The translations under genes and the position numbers were made by a program. From the NCBI GenBank assembly GCA_025839675.1, contig CP104013.1, forward strand, positions 850,736-870,735: a stretch of DNA of 20,000 nt, written 5' to 3'. The stretch's first letter is position 1. Each line of letters starts with the position of its first letter. Source of the DNA: Candidatus Lokiarchaeum ossiferum. GTDB taxonomy: Archaea > Asgardarchaeota > Lokiarchaeia > Sigyniarchaeales > Promethearchaeaceae. Under the pieces are notes generated by a model. That model searched no databases, was not told where the DNA came from, and saw only the letters and a program-made list of their open reading frames with translations. Below, in pieces: positions 18,029 through 20,000 of the stretch.

Positions 18029-18796
18029 GTGAATCATATGTCTGTACAAATCGAGGATATTTCTAATACCTATATTATGACAAAATCAGAAACTTTGTTT
18101 AAGATTTTGCAAGCGTTGAGCTTTAAGGGTGGTAGTTCAAGCACATCTTCATTAAAAATTGCTGTAATGCTGGATGATAACATTATCGCCGCAGCTTTGA
18201 AGGGTGGAGAACTTTTAAAATTCATTGAAAAAGATGAAGATGAATACGCCCTCACAGCTGAAGGTGAACGAATTTTAGAAGTCAGTAAAAAAGAACAACA
18301 AGATATGGTGGCTAAAAGCTATTATGCTATTGAGGGCTATCGAGATATTGTTTTTCGCATGAAAATGGCAAGCAATCAGATGCAAATGAAAGAACTTGAA
18401 AAAGCATTCTATATATTGGAAAAAGATATGCGTGATGAACTAAGAAAAGTAATTGTTGATAGTTTTATAGATTTTGGTCTTTATGCAAATGTTTTAGAAA
18501 CTAATAATAATGCAGCCAATCCAGGAGTTTTATTAACCGCTAATGGAGTTTCGCAATTAGATGCAGTATTAGCAGCGAAAAAACGCAAACGTAAGGGAGG
18601 TACTGCCCCCACAGCAGCCAGTTCTGGTGGAGGCATTGTAAGTGATTTATCTTGTCAATCTTGTGGAAAAGCGATTATGCCAGACTTTGCCATGTGCCCC
18701 TATTGCGGTACTGCGTTAAAACGTTCCTGTAGCAATTGCGGTAAGGAATTACAACCAGGCTGGAAAATGTGTCCCTTCTGTGGAACCGGACAATAA
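18029..18796 (+). CDS. Winged-helix-like protein with C-terminal double zinc ribbon
   Basis: TLFKILQALSFKGG...KIAVMLDDNIIAAALKGGELLKFIEKDEDEYALTAEGERILE, then CQSCGKAIMPDFAMCPYCGTALKRSCSNCGKELQPGWKMCPFCG. The start may be ATG at 18038. Confidence 0.75.
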   Translation: MNHMSVQIEDISNTYIMTKSETLFKILQALSFKGGSSSTSSLKIAVMLDDNIIAAALKGGELLKFIEKDEDEYALTAEGERILEVSKKEQQDMVAKSYYAIEGYRDIVFRMKMASNQMQMKELEKAFYILEKDMRDELRKVIVDSFIDFGLYANVLETNNNAANPGVLLTANGVSQLDAVLAAKKRKRKGGTAPTAASSGGGIVSDLSCQSCGKAIMPDFAMCPYCGTALKRSCSNCGKELQPGWKMCPFCGTGQ

Positions 18797-18944
18797 TCAA
18801 TCACATCCTAAGGAATGTTTTGTCTTTATTCTTTTTTCTCTTTTATTAACAGGTCTTGCATTTATTTCCAAAAACAATTCTAAAATCCATATATATATAT
18901 CTTCCAAACATCTTATTAAGTAGAGGTTTTAGTAGAGGCTTTCC

Positions 18945-20000
18945 ATGAGTATTGGCGCAGATGATAAAGATGATCTTTTGTTTATCTTCATTGGTCAACG
19001 AGGACTTCAAATCGGTAGTATCTTCTTTAATTTAATTAAGGACGATTATAAAGGAAAGCGATATGATATTTTGGATTTTTTTTCCAAGGTATTTTTTATT
19101 TGTGAAACCGAAAGTCAATTCCGAGAAATTGGAACCATGATAGAAGGATATGTTCCCGAAGAAAATGTGCTTTTAATGGGAGAATTAAATACAAGCGGAG
19201 ATTTATGGTCAAATATTGAAGAAAATGACGATATATTCGCAAGTAGAGTTTTTGCTCCATTAATGTACGCTGTTGATCAACTCGCAAAGCCAAATATTCT
19301 TCTTTTTTATGACCTTTCAAATGGAAAACAAGCAGGAATTTGTGATTATTTATTGATCAATTTTCCTTTAGTAAAACAACAAATGCCAATCTATGTGATT
19401 GCCACAACATCTATCGATGAAGGAGCAGGTGCTTTATCTATTTATTGGAGTATTTTAGGGCTAAACTCGATCATTCAAGGATCCACAGCAAAAGCTTGTA
19501 TTCTATTAGATTATGAAGCAATTGGAAATTCAATTTTTCTAAAACGAATTAAGAAAATGGATGATATTGATTTTGAGAGTTATAACTATGTTGTAGCCCA
19601 ATTAATTTACTCCATCACATATTATGATAGAGAACCATATTCAAATGCTGTGCCATTTTGTCAAATGATTGATAAACTCGTGATTTTCAATGACATGAAA
19701 TTCATCATTCCCTTCATGACAATGCCTCGTCGTGAATTGATCGAAGATGAAACGTTTTCGGGCTATTTAAACGAGTTGGTAAATGATTGCAACCTATTTT
19801 CAATGAATTATAAACGCCCCATAGATGAAAATGGCGTTGAACAAGATTATCCTAAAATTAGTCTCGCTAATGCATTTATTGCCTTTGGGGAAAAACAAGA
19901 TACACACTATCTAAACTTAATCCGGAATAATTTACCTCCGATCATGGAATATTTGCCTGGCACTAAAACGTTTTATACATATCCCCGCGGGGACCCTTTC
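18945..20000 (+). CDS. Divergent tubulin-like paralogue, 3' truncated by window edge (352 codons in window)
   Basis: Open frame from ATG 18945 to 20000 without stop, not in the ORF track. DLLFIFIGQRGLQIGSSIFF matches DLLLVWIGQAGVNIAERFW of the upstream tubulin. Collinear matches continue at ACILLDYEAI/TVLLDNDKI and DKLVIFNDMKFIIPFMTMP/TNLVPYKYMKFLLAGIAP. Confidence 0.75.
   Translation, partial: MSIGADDKDDLLFIFIGQRGLQIGSIFFNLIKDDYKGKRYDILDFFSKVFFICETESQFREIGTMIEGYVPEENVLLMGELNTSGDLWSNIEENDDIFASRVFAPLMYAVDQLAKPNILLFYDLSNGKQAGICDYLLINFPLVKQQMPIYVIATTSIDEGAGALSIYWSILGLNSIIQGSTAKACILLDYEAIGNSIFLKRIKKMDDIDFESYNYVVAQLIYSITYYDREPYSNAVPFCQMIDKLVIFNDMKFIIPFMTMPRRELIEDETFSGYLNELVNDCNLFSMNYKRPIDENGVEQDYPKISLANAFIAFGEKQDTHYLNLIRNNLPPIMEYLPGTKTFYTYPRGDPF

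Noticed and set aside
19435-19470. DEGAGAL (in TTSIDEGAGALSIYWSIL) of the second tubulin-like protein as its GGGTGSG box
   Set aside because: Collinear alignment puts the segment ILLFYDLSNGKQAG opposite IIIIHATGGGAGSG and DEGAGAL opposite the later PSRKLSG region, so the resemblance is probably coincidental.
1-20000. tRNA genes, CRISPR arrays, defence islands
   Set aside because: None could be supported by visual inspection. A tRNAscan/Infernal run would be needed to exclude small RNAs.

Overview
AT-rich archaeal window. An Asgard (Heimdallarchaeia-like) origin is my inference from gene content; I could not run a search. Contents from left to right: (1) Two co-directional minus-strand genes for large multi-zinc-finger proteins. 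The first is open from 3459 to the window edge, at least 1153 codons, and is absent from the supplied ORF track. The second is 668 aa. Together they carry ten copies of one module, CP[FY]C-x9-HxC followed by a conserved FF..LY/Y...F segment, plus five copies of C-x2-C-x5-C-x14-C. I cannot assign this architecture to a known family. (2) Two nearly identical 194-bp units, each with a 119-nt 5S rRNA gene and its promoter, flanking a DUF1499-like gene. (3) A Rag/Gtr-like small GTPase and a GNAT acetyltransferase. (4) A minus-strand archaellum locus ordered G-, F-, H-, I-, J-like and then archaellin. The archaellin appears frameshifted at an A5 tract. (5) Divergent from that locus, an intact tubulin-family protein that looks closer to eukaryotic tubulin/artubulin than to FtsZ or CetZ, with Lys at the T7 catalytic position. 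(6) A MaoC/hot-dog protein and a winged-helix-like double zinc-ribbon protein. (7) An edge-truncated second protein alignable to the tubulin, with a degenerate nucleotide-binding glycine box, also absent from the ORF track. The strongest novelty candidates are the zinc-module protein pair and the canonical plus degenerate tubulin pair next to the archaellum genes.
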